DNA of 64,000 nucleotides, from assembly GCA_016219715.1 (NCBI GenBank), contig JACRKX010000024.1, positions 141 through 64,140 on the forward strand. The letters run 5' to 3'. A model generated the notes under the pieces. The model saw only the letters and a list, made by a program, of their open reading frames with translations. It was not told the DNA's origin and searched no databases. Position 1 is the stretch's first letter, and every line of letters begins with the position of its first letter. Positions 1 through 8,579 of the stretch are shown here, in pieces. Made by a program: the position numbers and the translations under genes. Origin of the DNA: Actinomycetota bacterium. Lineage in GTDB: Bacteria; Actinomycetota; Thermoleophilia; Solirubrobacterales; JACPNS01.

Positions 1-159
1 TCCGAGGCCGAGCTGGTCGCCGGAAATGTGGTGACCGTCGAACCCGGCGTGTACCTCGACGGCAAGTTCGGCGTTCGAATCGAGGATCTCGTCGTCGTGC
101 GCGACGGTGCGCCGCGCGTTCTGAGTAGCTTTACGAAGCGTCTGGTTGTAGTCGACTGA
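1..159 (+). CDS. pepQ: Xaa-Pro peptidase (M24 family), C-terminal fragment running in from the window edge
   Basis: Frame 1 reads ...[26 protein letters not shown]...*, the M24 EPG and GVRIED metal-ligand motifs; usual neighbour of efp. Confidence 0.9.
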   Translation, partial: SEAELVAGNVVTVEPGVYLDGKFGVRIEDLVVVRDGAPRVLSSFTKRLVVVD

Positions 160-172
160 GGATGGATTCACA

Positions 173-610
173 ATGAGTACGCAGACACGCATAGGCATGG
201 CGCTCGCCGGGATCGTGATCTTGATCGCAGCGGCCGCACTGATCAACGGCATCGCGGGAGACGACGATCAGCCGCAGCAAGGCAACGGCGCGACAGCGGC
301 CACGGCCGCGACCGGTGCCTCCGGGGCAACTGAGCCGACCGGTCAACCCAAATCGCGCCGCGTCGATCCGGGGCCGCTGCTCGAACCCGGCTCGGTCACG
401 ACCGTCAAGGCGGACAAGGGCGAGACCGTGCGGTTCCGTGTGCGCTCGGGCGAGGTCGACGAGCTGCACGTCCACGGCTACGACCGCACCGTCGAGCTGC
501 CCGCCGGAGAGACGGTCAAGGTCAAGTTCAAGGCCACGCTCGACGGCGTCTTCGAGATCGAATTGCACCACACCGGCGAACAGATCGGCGAGCTGCGGGT
601 CACTCCTTGA
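173..610 (+). CDS. Membrane-anchored cupredoxin-like protein
   Basis: N-terminal TM/signal, Ala/Thr linker, beta-rich domain KGETVRFRV...ELHVHGYD...GVFEIELHH; no type-1 copper Cys. Confidence 0.65.
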   Translation: MSTQTRIGMALAGIVILIAAAALINGIAGDDDQPQQGNGATAATAATGASGATEPTGQPKSRRVDPGPLLEPGSVTTVKADKGETVRFRVRSGEVDELHVHGYDRTVELPAGETVKVKFKATLDGVFEIELHHTGEQIGELRVTP

Positions 611-1959
611 TCGTCCTTGCCCACGGGCTATCGGGCCGTTCGGACCTGCCGATCCCCGACTGGCTGTTCGGCTGGGCAGCCGCGCTGGTGCTGGCCGTTT
701 CGTTCTTCGCGTTCGCGGCGCTCTGGCAGCAGCCGAAGCTTGAAACGGCCCGCGCGACCGCGCGGCTACGCATACCGGTTCTGCTCGGCCCACTGTGCGG
801 CGGCACCGGTGTGTTGTTGTTCGCCGGGCTCGTCTACGCGGGTTTCGCGGGCACACAGGTCGAGTCGCTGAACGTCTTGCCGAGCTTTCTGTATGTCTTT
901 GTCTGGTCGGCACTGCCGCTGATCTGCGCTCTGCTGGGCGATGTCTTTCGCGCGTTCAACCCGTGGGCAGCGGTAGGGCGGTTCAGTCGGTGGGTGCAGC
1001 GGCGCGTGCTGCGGCGCCGGCCAGAGGCGTTCTTCGACTATCCCGAGCGGCTCGGTTGCTGGCCGGCCGTCGTGTTCCCGCTGATGTTCGGCTATCTAGA
1101 GCTGATTTCGCCGCACGGCCGCGATCCGAGCGTGCTGGCGGCGTTGATGCTCGCCTACGCAGCCGTGCAACTGGCGGGAATGTCGCTGTTCGGAGTCGAT
1201 CGCTGGCTCGAACGCGGCGATGCCTTCGGCGTCTACTTCGCGTTCTTCGCGAAACTTGCTCCGCTGACGGTCGTCGGATGCCGGCTTGCGACTCGCCTTC
1301 CTCTGTCTGGGCTGACCGATGTCACGTGGGTGCATGGAACGGTCTTCTTCGTCTGTGCCGCGATCGGCGTGACGGCCTTCGATGGCGCCGCCGAGGGCGG
1401 CCTCTGGCAGAGCATCGCCGAGCCGCTGGCGTCGGTGGGCTCGGATCTGGGGATGTCGGTCGTTACCTCGGGTCGCGTCGTCGAAACGCTCGGGCTGATC
1501 GCGATGGTCCTGCTGATCGCCGGCTTCTACCGGCTCGGGGTGGAGGGGATGGTTTCTAGCCATATAGACAAGCCCGCGCGCGAGCTTTCACGCATCTTCG
1601 CGCCGTCGCTGGTGCCGATCATGCTGGCGTACGTCATCGCGCACTACTTCTCGTTCATCGCGTTTCAGGGTCAGGCGTTGTGGCCGCTCCTATCGGACCC
1701 GCTGGGCGACGGGTCCGACCTCTTCGGAACCGCCGGCGCCGGAGTCGACTACGGCTGGCTCTCGAGCGCTGAGATCTGGTACGCGCAGGTCGCGGCGCTC
1801 GTTCTCGGACACGCCGCGGGACTCGCCGTTGCGCACGACAAGGCGCTCGCGGTATGGGGCAAAGCCGGCGACGCCGTGCGATCGCAGCTGTGGATGCTCG
1901 TCGTGATGGTCGGCTTCACTAACCTCGGCCTATGGCTGCTTTCGCAGGCCAATCAGTAG
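607..1959 (+). CDS. Polytopic membrane protein, FedB/'fenitrothion hydrolase'-like family (paralogue 1)
   Basis: AHG..LPIP start, GDVFRAFNPW, AHY, SDPLG.G.DLFGTA, GH...AHD, SQLWML motifs shared with 24574..26019; overlaps the upstream stop by 4 nt. Confidence 0.8.
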   Translation: MIVLAHGLSGRSDLPIPDWLFGWAAALVLAVSFFAFAALWQQPKLETARATARLRIPVLLGPLCGGTGVLLFAGLVYAGFAGTQVESLNVLPSFLYVFVWSALPLICALLGDVFRAFNPWAAVGRFSRWVQRRVLRRRPEAFFDYPERLGCWPAVVFPLMFGYLELISPHGRDPSVLAALMLAYAAVQLAGMSLFGVDRWLERGDAFGVYFAFFAKLAPLTVVGCRLATRLPLSGLTDVTWVHGTVFFVCAAIGVTAFDGAAEGGLWQSIAEPLASVGSDLGMSVVTSGRVVETLGLIAMVLLIAGFYRLGVEGMVSSHIDKPARELSRIFAPSLVPIMLAYVIAHYFSFIAFQGQALWPLLSDPLGDGSDLFGTAGAGVDYGWLSSAEIWYAQVAALVLGHAAGLAVAHDKALAVWGKAGDAVRSQLWMLVVMVGFTNLGLWLLSQANQ

Positions 1960-2008
1960 CTTCCGGCAGCGGGCGGGCTTGTCGCCGGCGCGAGTGGACG
2001 TGGTGCCG

Positions 2009-2194
2009 ATGAGTCCGCCGGTCGCACATCCGACCCATTGGATTGCGGGTCTTCTGTACTTAGCGCCGGTGATCGTGCTCGCCTTCGCGATTCTCTGGCA
2101 GCGGCTCAACCCGCGAGCCGAGGGAAACGGCGCTTCGACGCCCGAACAACGCGAACCGCCCAACGACAACGATCGGCCGCCGCACGGCCGGTAG
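2009..2194 (+). CDS. Small single-TM protein with N-terminal His motif (AHPTHW)
   Basis: Short ORF after the membrane protein with one hydrophobic helix (IAGLLYLAPVIVLAFAILW); start could be 1979. Confidence 0.55.
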   Translation: MSPPVAHPTHWIAGLLYLAPVIVLAFAILWQRLNPRAEGNGASTPEQREPPNDNDRPPHGR

Positions 2195-2256
2195 TCTTCA
2201 GCGGTCTAAACGCAGTCCGCTCAGCAATCGACACGGAAGAACCGCACACCGCACCC

Positions 2257-2817
2257 ATGATCAGCACCAACCAGTTCAAGAACGGCAACCACATCGACGT
2301 CGACGGCACCGTCTACAAGATCGTCGAGTTCCAGCACGTCAAGCCCGGCAAGGGCGGAGCGTTCGTGCGCACCAAGCTCAAGCGCGCCAGCGACGGCAAC
2401 GTGATCGACAAGACCTTCCGCGCCGGCGAGAAGTTCCGTGCGGTGCGCACCGAGGTCAAGAAGATGCAGTTCCTCTACGGCGATGGTGGCGAGGCGCACT
2501 TCATGGACAACGAGACCTTCGATCAGTTGGCAGTCCCTGTCGCAAAGATCGAGGACGAACTCGGCTTCGTGCAGCCGAACTCCGAAGTCGAGGCGCTCTA
2601 CGTCGACGGCGACTTCAGCGGTCTGCAGCTGCCGGCGTCGGTCGAGCTAGAGATCGCCGAGACGGAGCCCGGCGTCAAGGGCGACACTGTCAGCGGTGGC
2701 GGCAACAAGCCGGCGGTGCTCGAGACCGGCAAGACGATTCAGGTTCCGCTGTTCCTGAATCCCGGCGACCGCGTCAAGATCGACACGCGTAGCGGCGAGT
2801 ACATGTCGCGTGCCTGA
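2257..2817 (+). CDS. efp: Elongation factor P
   Basis: MISTNQFKNG...FQHVKPGKGGAFVRTKLK; C-terminal VPLF...GDRVKIDTRSGEYMSRA. Confidence 0.98.
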   Translation: MISTNQFKNGNHIDVDGTVYKIVEFQHVKPGKGGAFVRTKLKRASDGNVIDKTFRAGEKFRAVRTEVKKMQFLYGDGGEAHFMDNETFDQLAVPVAKIEDELGFVQPNSEVEALYVDGDFSGLQLPASVELEIAETEPGVKGDTVSGGGNKPAVLETGKTIQVPLFLNPGDRVKIDTRSGEYMSRA

Positions 2818-2828
2818 GGGCGGCGCGC

Positions 2829-3230
2829 ATGCGTAGATCCGATCAGCGCCGGCTCGCGGTCTTCGCCCTCTACCAGAACGATCTCACCGGTCGCGAGCTC
2901 GACGACCTGTTCGAACGCGATACGACTGAATTCACGCGCCGGCTGGCAGAAGACGTGCTGGCCGATCGTGACTCGATCGATGGCGTGATCCGCGACTACG
3001 CCCGCGACTGGCCGCTCGAGCGGATCGCTCCGCTCGAGCGCAACATCCTGCGAGTCGCGATCCACGAGCTACGCGGCGGCGGCGAAGTGCCGCGCGAGGT
3101 CGCCGTCGACGAGGCCGTCGAGCTAGCTAAGCGCTACTGCTCGGCCGACGCGCCGAAGTTCGTCAACGGTATTCTCGGCTCGGTCCTGCGCGACCTGCCA
3201 CCGGTCGCCGCGAACGGGGAGGAGGCATGA
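2829..3230 (+). CDS. nusB: Transcription antitermination factor NusB
   Basis: W.LERI..LERNILR, VAVDEAVELAKRY, FVNGILG; follows efp. Confidence 0.96.
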   Translation: MRRSDQRRLAVFALYQNDLTGRELDDLFERDTTEFTRRLAEDVLADRDSIDGVIRDYARDWPLERIAPLERNILRVAIHELRGGGEVPREVAVDEAVELAKRYCSADAPKFVNGILGSVLRDLPPVAANGEEA

Positions 3231-3484
3231 TGAACGACCAGCCACAGCAGACGACGTCAACACCCGGTACGCCGACGCCGCCAGAGAACTCCGGCGACAC
3301 GCAGCCGCCGGCGCCGAGTCCAGTGCAGCTCGCCGAACTCGAGCAGCTGATCGCCGAGCTGAAGCTCAAAGTCGCGGACTTGCGATCGAGCGAGTTCGAC
3401 GCGGCGTCGCTTGAACAGCGCCTTCGCGAGCTGAACGAGCTGGCCGTGAAGGCGGCGAGTGCGGTCGACTCGGCCGCGCGGTGA
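3227..3484 (+). CDS. Small helical protein, possibly XseB-like (exonuclease VII small subunit)
   Basis: Overlaps nusB and ispA by 4 nt each; amphipathic helical hairpin at the position where xseB usually lies. Confidence 0.5.
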   Translation: MMNDQPQQTTSTPGTPTPPENSGDTQPPAPSPVQLAELEQLIAELKLKVADLRSSEFDAASLEQRLRELNELAVKAASAVDSAAR

Positions 3485-4371
3485 CCGAGTTGGACCAGGC
3501 GATTTTTCCCGACACCAAGCGCTCGGCGGTCGATGCCTATCTGGCCGCGATCGACTTCGAAGTTGAGCCGCCGATCGCCGGCGTAGTCGAGGCGATGCGC
3601 TATTCGCTGCTCGCCGGTGGCAAGCGCGTGCGGCCTGTGCTCGCGCTGAGCACGGCCGCGGCACTCGGTCACGACCCCGAGGCGCTGATGCCTTACGCGG
3701 CCGCGCTCGAGCTGGTGCACACCTACAGCCTGATCCACGACGATCTGCCCGCGATGGACGACGACGACCTGCGACGCGGCAAGCCGACGTGCCACGTTGT
3801 CTACGGCGAGAACGTCGCGATCCTCGCCGGCGACGCATTGTTCGCCGAGGCGCTGCGGCTGGTGACCGCGCGGCAGCAGGGCGATCCCGCCGACATTCTC
3901 GCCGCGCTCGACGAGCTGCTGCACGCCACCGGCGCCGCCGGCATGGTCGGCGGCCAGTACATCGACATCGCCGGCGAGGTTCGAACGGCCGAGCAGCTGA
4001 CCCACATGCACCGACTGAAGACCGGCCGACTGATCGGTGCTTCCGTGAAAGGAGCGGCGCTCACGCTCGGTGCACCGCGCGAGACCGTCGACCGCTTGGC
4101 GGAGTTCGCGGCCGAGTTGGGCGTCCTTTTTCAGATCATCGACGATATCCTCGATGTGACCGGATCCGATGCCGACCTCGGCAAGCCGAGTGGCAGTGAC
4201 GAGCGGCACGGAAAGGCCACATATGTAAGCGTCTTCGGTCTCGAGCGCGCCCGTGCGCTTGCCGACGAGAAGCACGATCGCGTGCGCGAACTGCTCGCGT
4301 CGATCGACTTCCGCGGCGACGCCGGCGATCTCAGGTCCGTGAGCGAATACATCTACAGCCGCGATCGCTAG
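3481..4371 (+). CDS. ispA: Farnesyl/geranylgeranyl diphosphate synthase
   Basis: GGKRVRP, SLIHDDLPAMDDDDLRRG, FQIIDDILD motifs. Confidence 0.96.
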   Translation: MTELDQAIFPDTKRSAVDAYLAAIDFEVEPPIAGVVEAMRYSLLAGGKRVRPVLALSTAAALGHDPEALMPYAAALELVHTYSLIHDDLPAMDDDDLRRGKPTCHVVYGENVAILAGDALFAEALRLVTARQQGDPADILAALDELLHATGAAGMVGGQYIDIAGEVRTAEQLTHMHRLKTGRLIGASVKGAALTLGAPRETVDRLAEFAAELGVLFQIIDDILDVTGSDADLGKPSGSDERHGKATYVSVFGLERARALADEKHDRVRELLASIDFRGDAGDLRSVSEYIYSRDR

Positions 4372-4401
4372 CGCGACCCGCACCGGCGCGAAGACCCCCA
4401 T

Positions 4402-6375
4402 ATGCCAAAGCAAAGCGATCAACCACCGAAGCCGCTGCTTCCCTCGATCAAGCGGCCGCAGGACCTGCACGACCGATCCGACGCCGAGCTGCAACAGATC
4501 GCTCAAGAGGTCCGTGAGCAGTTGATCGACACCGTCGGCGAGATCGGCGGGCACTTCGGGGCGAACCTCGGAGTCTGCGAACTATCGGTGGCGCTGCACT
4601 CACTGCTCGACTCTCCGACCGACAAGATCCTCTGGGACGTCGGTCACCAGGCATACCCGCACAAGATTCTCACCGGGCGAGGCGACCAGCTTTCGACGAT
4701 CCGCCAGTACGGCGGACTTGCGCCCTTCTGCAACATCGACGAGAGCGAGCACGACATCGCTGGCGCCGGTCACGCGTCGACCTCGATCTCGCTGGCCGTC
4801 GGCATCAAGGAGGCGATGCGTCACGGCGAGGGCAAAGACGGCAAGGTCGTGGCGGTAATCGGTGACGGAGCGATGACTGGCGGCGTCGCTTTCGAGGCGA
4901 TTCACCACGCCGGGGGGCTCGGTACGCCGGTGGTCGTGATCCTCAACGACAACGGAATGTCGATCGCGCCTAACGTCGGAGCGCTGTCGCGCTACTTCAA
5001 CCGTGTTCGCCTGAATCCCAAGCTTTACAAGGCGCGCGACAACGCCGAGAAGGGGCTGTCGAAGCTGCCGGCGGGCATCGGAGCGGCGTTTGAGCGCTTC
5101 GGTCCTCAGTTCAAGGAGTCGGTCAAGGCGTTCTGGGCCCCGGGCCTGTTCTGGGAGGAGCTCGATTTTGCCTACACCGGCGTGGTCGACGGCCACGACG
5201 TTTCCGCGCTGCGAACGGCGATTGGCGAGGCGCTGGCCGCCGATCGTCCCGTGGTCGTGCACATCGCCACGGTCAAAGGCAAAGGCTTCGCGCCGGCTGA
5301 AGAGGGCGGGCTCGAAGGCATGGAGGAGTGGCATGCCGTAAAGCCAAAGGGCATCGTCGACCGCAAGCCCGCCAAGGCCGCCGCCAAGAGCAACGGCGCC
5401 GCCGCGGCCAAGCCCGCGCCGCCGCAGTACACAAAGGTTTTCGGAGAGGCGATCGTCGAAGAGGCGAAGCGCGACCCGCGCGTCGTCGGCATCACCGCCG
5501 CGATGAACACGGGCACCGGGCTGTCGATCATGCAGAAGGAGCTGCCGGACCACTACTTCGACGTCGGTATCGCCGAGCAGCACGCGGTGCTCTTCGCCGC
5601 CGGCCTGGCGTTGCAGGGCATGAAGCCCGTTGCCGCCATCTACTCGACCTTCCTGCAGCGCGGCTTCGATCAGATCGTGCACGATGTCTGCCTGCAGAAC
5701 CTCAACGTTGTCTTTGCGATGGATCGCGCCGGCCTGGTCGGCGACGACGGACCGACACATCACGGCGCGTTCGACATCAGTTACCTGCGCCCGCTGCCGA
5801 ACATCGTGCTGATGGCGCCGCGCGACGAGGCGATGCTCGTCAACATGCTGCACACGGCGCTCGTTTACGACGACGGACCCGTGGGTATTCGTTACCCGCG
5901 CGGTAACGCCGTGGGCGTAGCGCTTCCCGGCATCCCCGAGCCGATCGACATCGGCGTCGGCGAAGTGCTTGCCCGCGGCGACGGGTCGGTTGCGCTGCTC
6001 GGTTACGGGAGCGGTGTCGGCGTGGCTCAGGCCGCCGCTGAGCTGCTCGCCGGAGGCGGGGTAGAGGCGACCGTCGCCGACGCCCGCTTCGCGAAGCCGC
6101 TCGACACCGAGCTCGTCAATGAGCTCGCCGCTGGGCATCGCCTGCTGGTGACCATCGAAGAAAACGTGCTGGCTGGCGGCTTCGGTGCGGCAGTCATCGA
6201 ACACCTCGCCGATAGCGGCCTGCCCGTTCAGACGCTTCGCGTCGGACTGCCCGACCGCTACGTCACGCACGGCGCGCCGTCACTGCTTCACGAGGAAATC
6301 GGGTTTACCGGCGAGGCCGTCGCCAAGCGTGTTTCCGAGCGGCTCGCCAGCCTGACTGGCACGACCGCCACTTAG
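4402..6375 (+). CDS. dxs: 1-deoxy-D-xylulose-5-phosphate synthase
   Basis: WDVGHQAYPHKILTGR, GDGAMTGG...NDN, DVGIAEQHA, DRAGLVGDDGPTHHG. Confidence 0.98.
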   Translation: MPKQSDQPPKPLLPSIKRPQDLHDRSDAELQQIAQEVREQLIDTVGEIGGHFGANLGVCELSVALHSLLDSPTDKILWDVGHQAYPHKILTGRGDQLSTIRQYGGLAPFCNIDESEHDIAGAGHASTSISLAVGIKEAMRHGEGKDGKVVAVIGDGAMTGGVAFEAIHHAGGLGTPVVVILNDNGMSIAPNVGALSRYFNRVRLNPKLYKARDNAEKGLSKLPAGIGAAFERFGPQFKESVKAFWAPGLFWEELDFAYTGVVDGHDVSALRTAIGEALAADRPVVVHIATVKGKGFAPAEEGGLEGMEEWHAVKPKGIVDRKPAKAAAKSNGAAAAKPAPPQYTKVFGEAIVEEAKRDPRVVGITAAMNTGTGLSIMQKELPDHYFDVGIAEQHAVLFAAGLALQGMKPVAAIYSTFLQRGFDQIVHDVCLQNLNVVFAMDRAGLVGDDGPTHHGAFDISYLRPLPNIVLMAPRDEAMLVNMLHTALVYDDGPVGIRYPRGNAVGVALPGIPEPIDIGVGEVLARGDGSVALLGYGSGVGVAQAAAELLAGGGVEATVADARFAKPLDTELVNELAAGHRLLVTIEENVLAGGFGAAVIEHLADSGLPVQTLRVGLPDRYVTHGAPSLLHEEIGFTGEAVAKRVSERLASLTGTTAT

Positions 6376-6457
6376 GTTCCGACGTCCGGCTTACCGGCCG
6401 GTAGTGAGTGTGCGCCAAATCACACACACATCACACAATCGGACCTACATTATTCCC

Positions 6458-6595
6458 AGATACGGAAGTCGTCTCCAAGGTTTCAACGGATCGACTCCAG
6501 CGTGGTCAACTCTCTCCCCCCATCGAAGTTGACCGCCGAGACATAGCAGTATCCTCCCCAGAGCAAGGCCCGGCCCAACGCCGGGTCTTCCTCGT
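6458..6595 (+). ncRNA. Candidate small RNA with C-rich loops (unclassified)
   Basis: TACATT -10-like hexamer 6446-6451; hairpins at 6464-6498 and 6504-6534 (loop CTCTCCCCCCATCGA); terminator-like stem 6565-6589. Confidence 0.35.
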
Positions 6596-6685
6596 TCTCG
6601 AGACGTTTTCGCCACCCGCCAGCCCGTGCCGCGCTGCGCGGTCGCACGCACAGCGGTGCCCGGTCCCGCTTTCGGTGTGGCTCTT

Positions 6686-6797
6686 ACATTCAACATCCAA
6701 ACGGATGTTGCCGGCTGCCCGAAGGCGTGCCGACGGTCACATCGCGGCACGTGAATCAAGCGCCAATAACATCCAATCGGATGTTGAATGTCAGAGC
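6686..6797. repeat. Palindrome-doublet element (two ACATCC-N4-GGATGT units in inverted arrangement), copy 1
   Basis: CAACATCC-AAAC-GGATGTTG at 6691-6710 and AACATCC-AATC-GGATGTT at 6768-6785; 6768-6797 is identical over 30 bp to 50342-50371. Confidence 0.85.
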
Positions 6798-6862
6798 CGC
6801 TCGGGACCGATGCTCGGGACCTACGCTCGGATAGCGTGCCGATCGAGCCTAAGATCGGCGGC

Positions 6863-7666
6863 ATGGCGAAGCAGCGTGTGGATCAACTTCTGGTCGAGCG
6901 TGGCCTGTTCGAGAGCCGCAGCAAGGCCGCGGCGGCCGTACTGGCCGGCGACGTGTTGCTCGAACGTGGAGGCCGGCGGATCGACAAGCCGGGGCAGATG
7001 GTCGATCCGGCCGAGAAGCTGCGTGTCGCCGAGCGCGAGCGCTACGTCTCGCGCGGTGGTATCAAGCTTGAGAATGCCCTGCGGGCGTTTCCGGCGATCG
7101 AGATCGTGGGCCGCCGCGCGCTCGACGCCGGCGCTTCCACCGGTGGCTTCACCGACTGTCTTCTTCAACGCGGGGCCGATCACGTGATCGCTGTCGACGT
7201 TGCCTATGGCGAGCTGCACATGTCCCTGCGCAACGATCCGCGCGTGACCGTCATCGAACGGCGCAACGTACGTGAACTCGCTCCCGACGAACTTGAATAC
7301 CGGCCCGATCTGATCGTCGCCGACCTCTCGTTCATCTCGCTCGACAAGGTCCTTCCGGCGTTGCTGGGTTGCGCGGCCGAGCGCTTTGACATGCTTGCGC
7401 TCGTGAAACCGCAGTTCGAAGTCGGACGGGAGCGGATCGGCAAGGGCGGGGTCGTGCGCGACCGCGCGGCCCGCGTCGATGCGATCGCCGGTGCGGCCCA
7501 GGCCGCTCGCGATGCCGGATTCTCCGTCGTCGGCGCCTGCTCGTCGGGCCTGCCGGGACCGGCCGGCAACCGTGAGGCGTTCCTCTGGCTGGCCGAGGCC
7601 GGTCGCGCCGGTGCGGCAGACGACTTGCACGCGCTTGCCGAGAGCGTCGAGACGGGCGAGGATTAG
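6863..7666 (+). CDS. tlyA: TlyA-family rRNA 2'-O-methyltransferase
   Basis: S4-like KQRVDQLLVERG, YVSRGGIKL, DAGASTGGFTD, LVKPQFE. Confidence 0.96.
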   Translation: MAKQRVDQLLVERGLFESRSKAAAAVLAGDVLLERGGRRIDKPGQMVDPAEKLRVAERERYVSRGGIKLENALRAFPAIEIVGRRALDAGASTGGFTDCLLQRGADHVIAVDVAYGELHMSLRNDPRVTVIERRNVRELAPDELEYRPDLIVADLSFISLDKVLPALLGCAAERFDMLALVKPQFEVGRERIGKGGVVRDRAARVDAIAGAAQAARDAGFSVVGACSSGLPGPAGNREAFLWLAEAGRAGAADDLHALAESVETGED

Positions 7667-7668
7667 GC

Positions 7669-8520
7669 ATGCGCGCAGCCGTCATAACGCATCACTTCCC
7701 ACACGAGCAGGCCGTGCCGGCGATCGCCCGCCTGCGCGAACTGGCGGCCGCGCACGACTGTGAGTTGATCTTTGACGAGATCGAGACGGGCGCCGACCAT
7801 CAGCCGGGGCCGGGCACGATCACGCCGGTGGCCGACTTCGGCGAGGCTGAGATCGACGTAGCGATCGTGCTCGGCGGCGACGGCTCGATCCTGCGGTCGC
7901 TGCGCACCTTTGCCGGGACCGGTGTTCCGACCTTCGGGTTCAACTACGGAACGATCGGCTTCCTGGCAACCGTCGAGCCCGAAGAACTCGAGGACGGACT
8001 GCGCCGGGCGTTGACTGGTGACTTCGAAATCCGCCGGTTGCCGGCCCTGCGCGTCCGCTGTGGCGAGATCGACATGCGTGCCGTCAACGACATCACCTTC
8101 GGACGCGCCCACGAGGCGCGCGTTGCCGACATCTCGTATGCACTGGCCGGTCACACCGTTGGACGCGTGCGCTGCGACGGTCTCGTGGCCGCTACGCCGG
8201 CCGGTTCGACCGGCTACAACCTGGCCAACAGCGGGCCGATCCTGGCCTGGGGCGTGGAGGGCTACGTGGTGAGCTTCATCGCTCCGCACACGCTGACCGC
8301 CAGGGCCCTCGTCGCGGCGCCAGACGATCCGCTTACGGTCGCCAACGGCGCTCGCCGCGACGAGCTCGAGATCATGGTCGATGGATTGATCGTGGGGCGC
8401 CTGCCCGTCGGCGAGAGCGCGGAGCTGACATTCGAGGACGACGTCGCCTCGCTTGCCCAGCTACCCGGCAGCAGCTTCTACGCCCGCTTTCGCGAGAAGT
8501 TCGGGAAGCTGGCGTCGTAG
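7669..8520 (+). CDS. nadK: NAD(+) kinase
   Basis: LGGDGS, GFL, ND, DGLVAATPAGSTGYNL motifs. Confidence 0.95.
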   Translation: MRAAVITHHFPHEQAVPAIARLRELAAAHDCELIFDEIETGADHQPGPGTITPVADFGEAEIDVAIVLGGDGSILRSLRTFAGTGVPTFGFNYGTIGFLATVEPEELEDGLRRALTGDFEIRRLPALRVRCGEIDMRAVNDITFGRAHEARVADISYALAGHTVGRVRCDGLVAATPAGSTGYNLANSGPILAWGVEGYVVSFIAPHTLTARALVAAPDDPLTVANGARRDELEIMVDGLIVGRLPVGESAELTFEDDVASLAQLPGSSFYARFREKFGKLAS

Positions 8521-8539
8521 TTCGCCGCCCGGCCTGATA

Positions 8540-8553
8540 CGAACATTTGTTCG
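8540..8553. promoter_or_regulatory. LexA (SOS) box, Gram-positive type
   Basis: Perfect CGAAC-ATTT-GTTCG, 26 bp upstream of the recN GTG. Confidence 0.9.
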
Positions 8554-8579
8554 TCCGGACCGTGGTGTTGAATGGCCGC

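Noticed and set aside
607..1959. Literal pesticide (fenitrothion) hydrolase function
   Set aside because: The protein is almost entirely transmembrane with no hydrolase motif; its context points to metal handling
6419..6438. CA-rich run (ATCACACACACATCACACA) as a phase-variable microsatellite
   Set aside because: Too short and interrupted to support slipped-strand switching; may simply be promoter sequence
6500..6560. Assignment as canonical 6C RNA
   Set aside because: Only one C6 run sits in a well-formed stem-loop; the second C-rich tract lacks a convincing stem, so it is kept as an unclassified candidate
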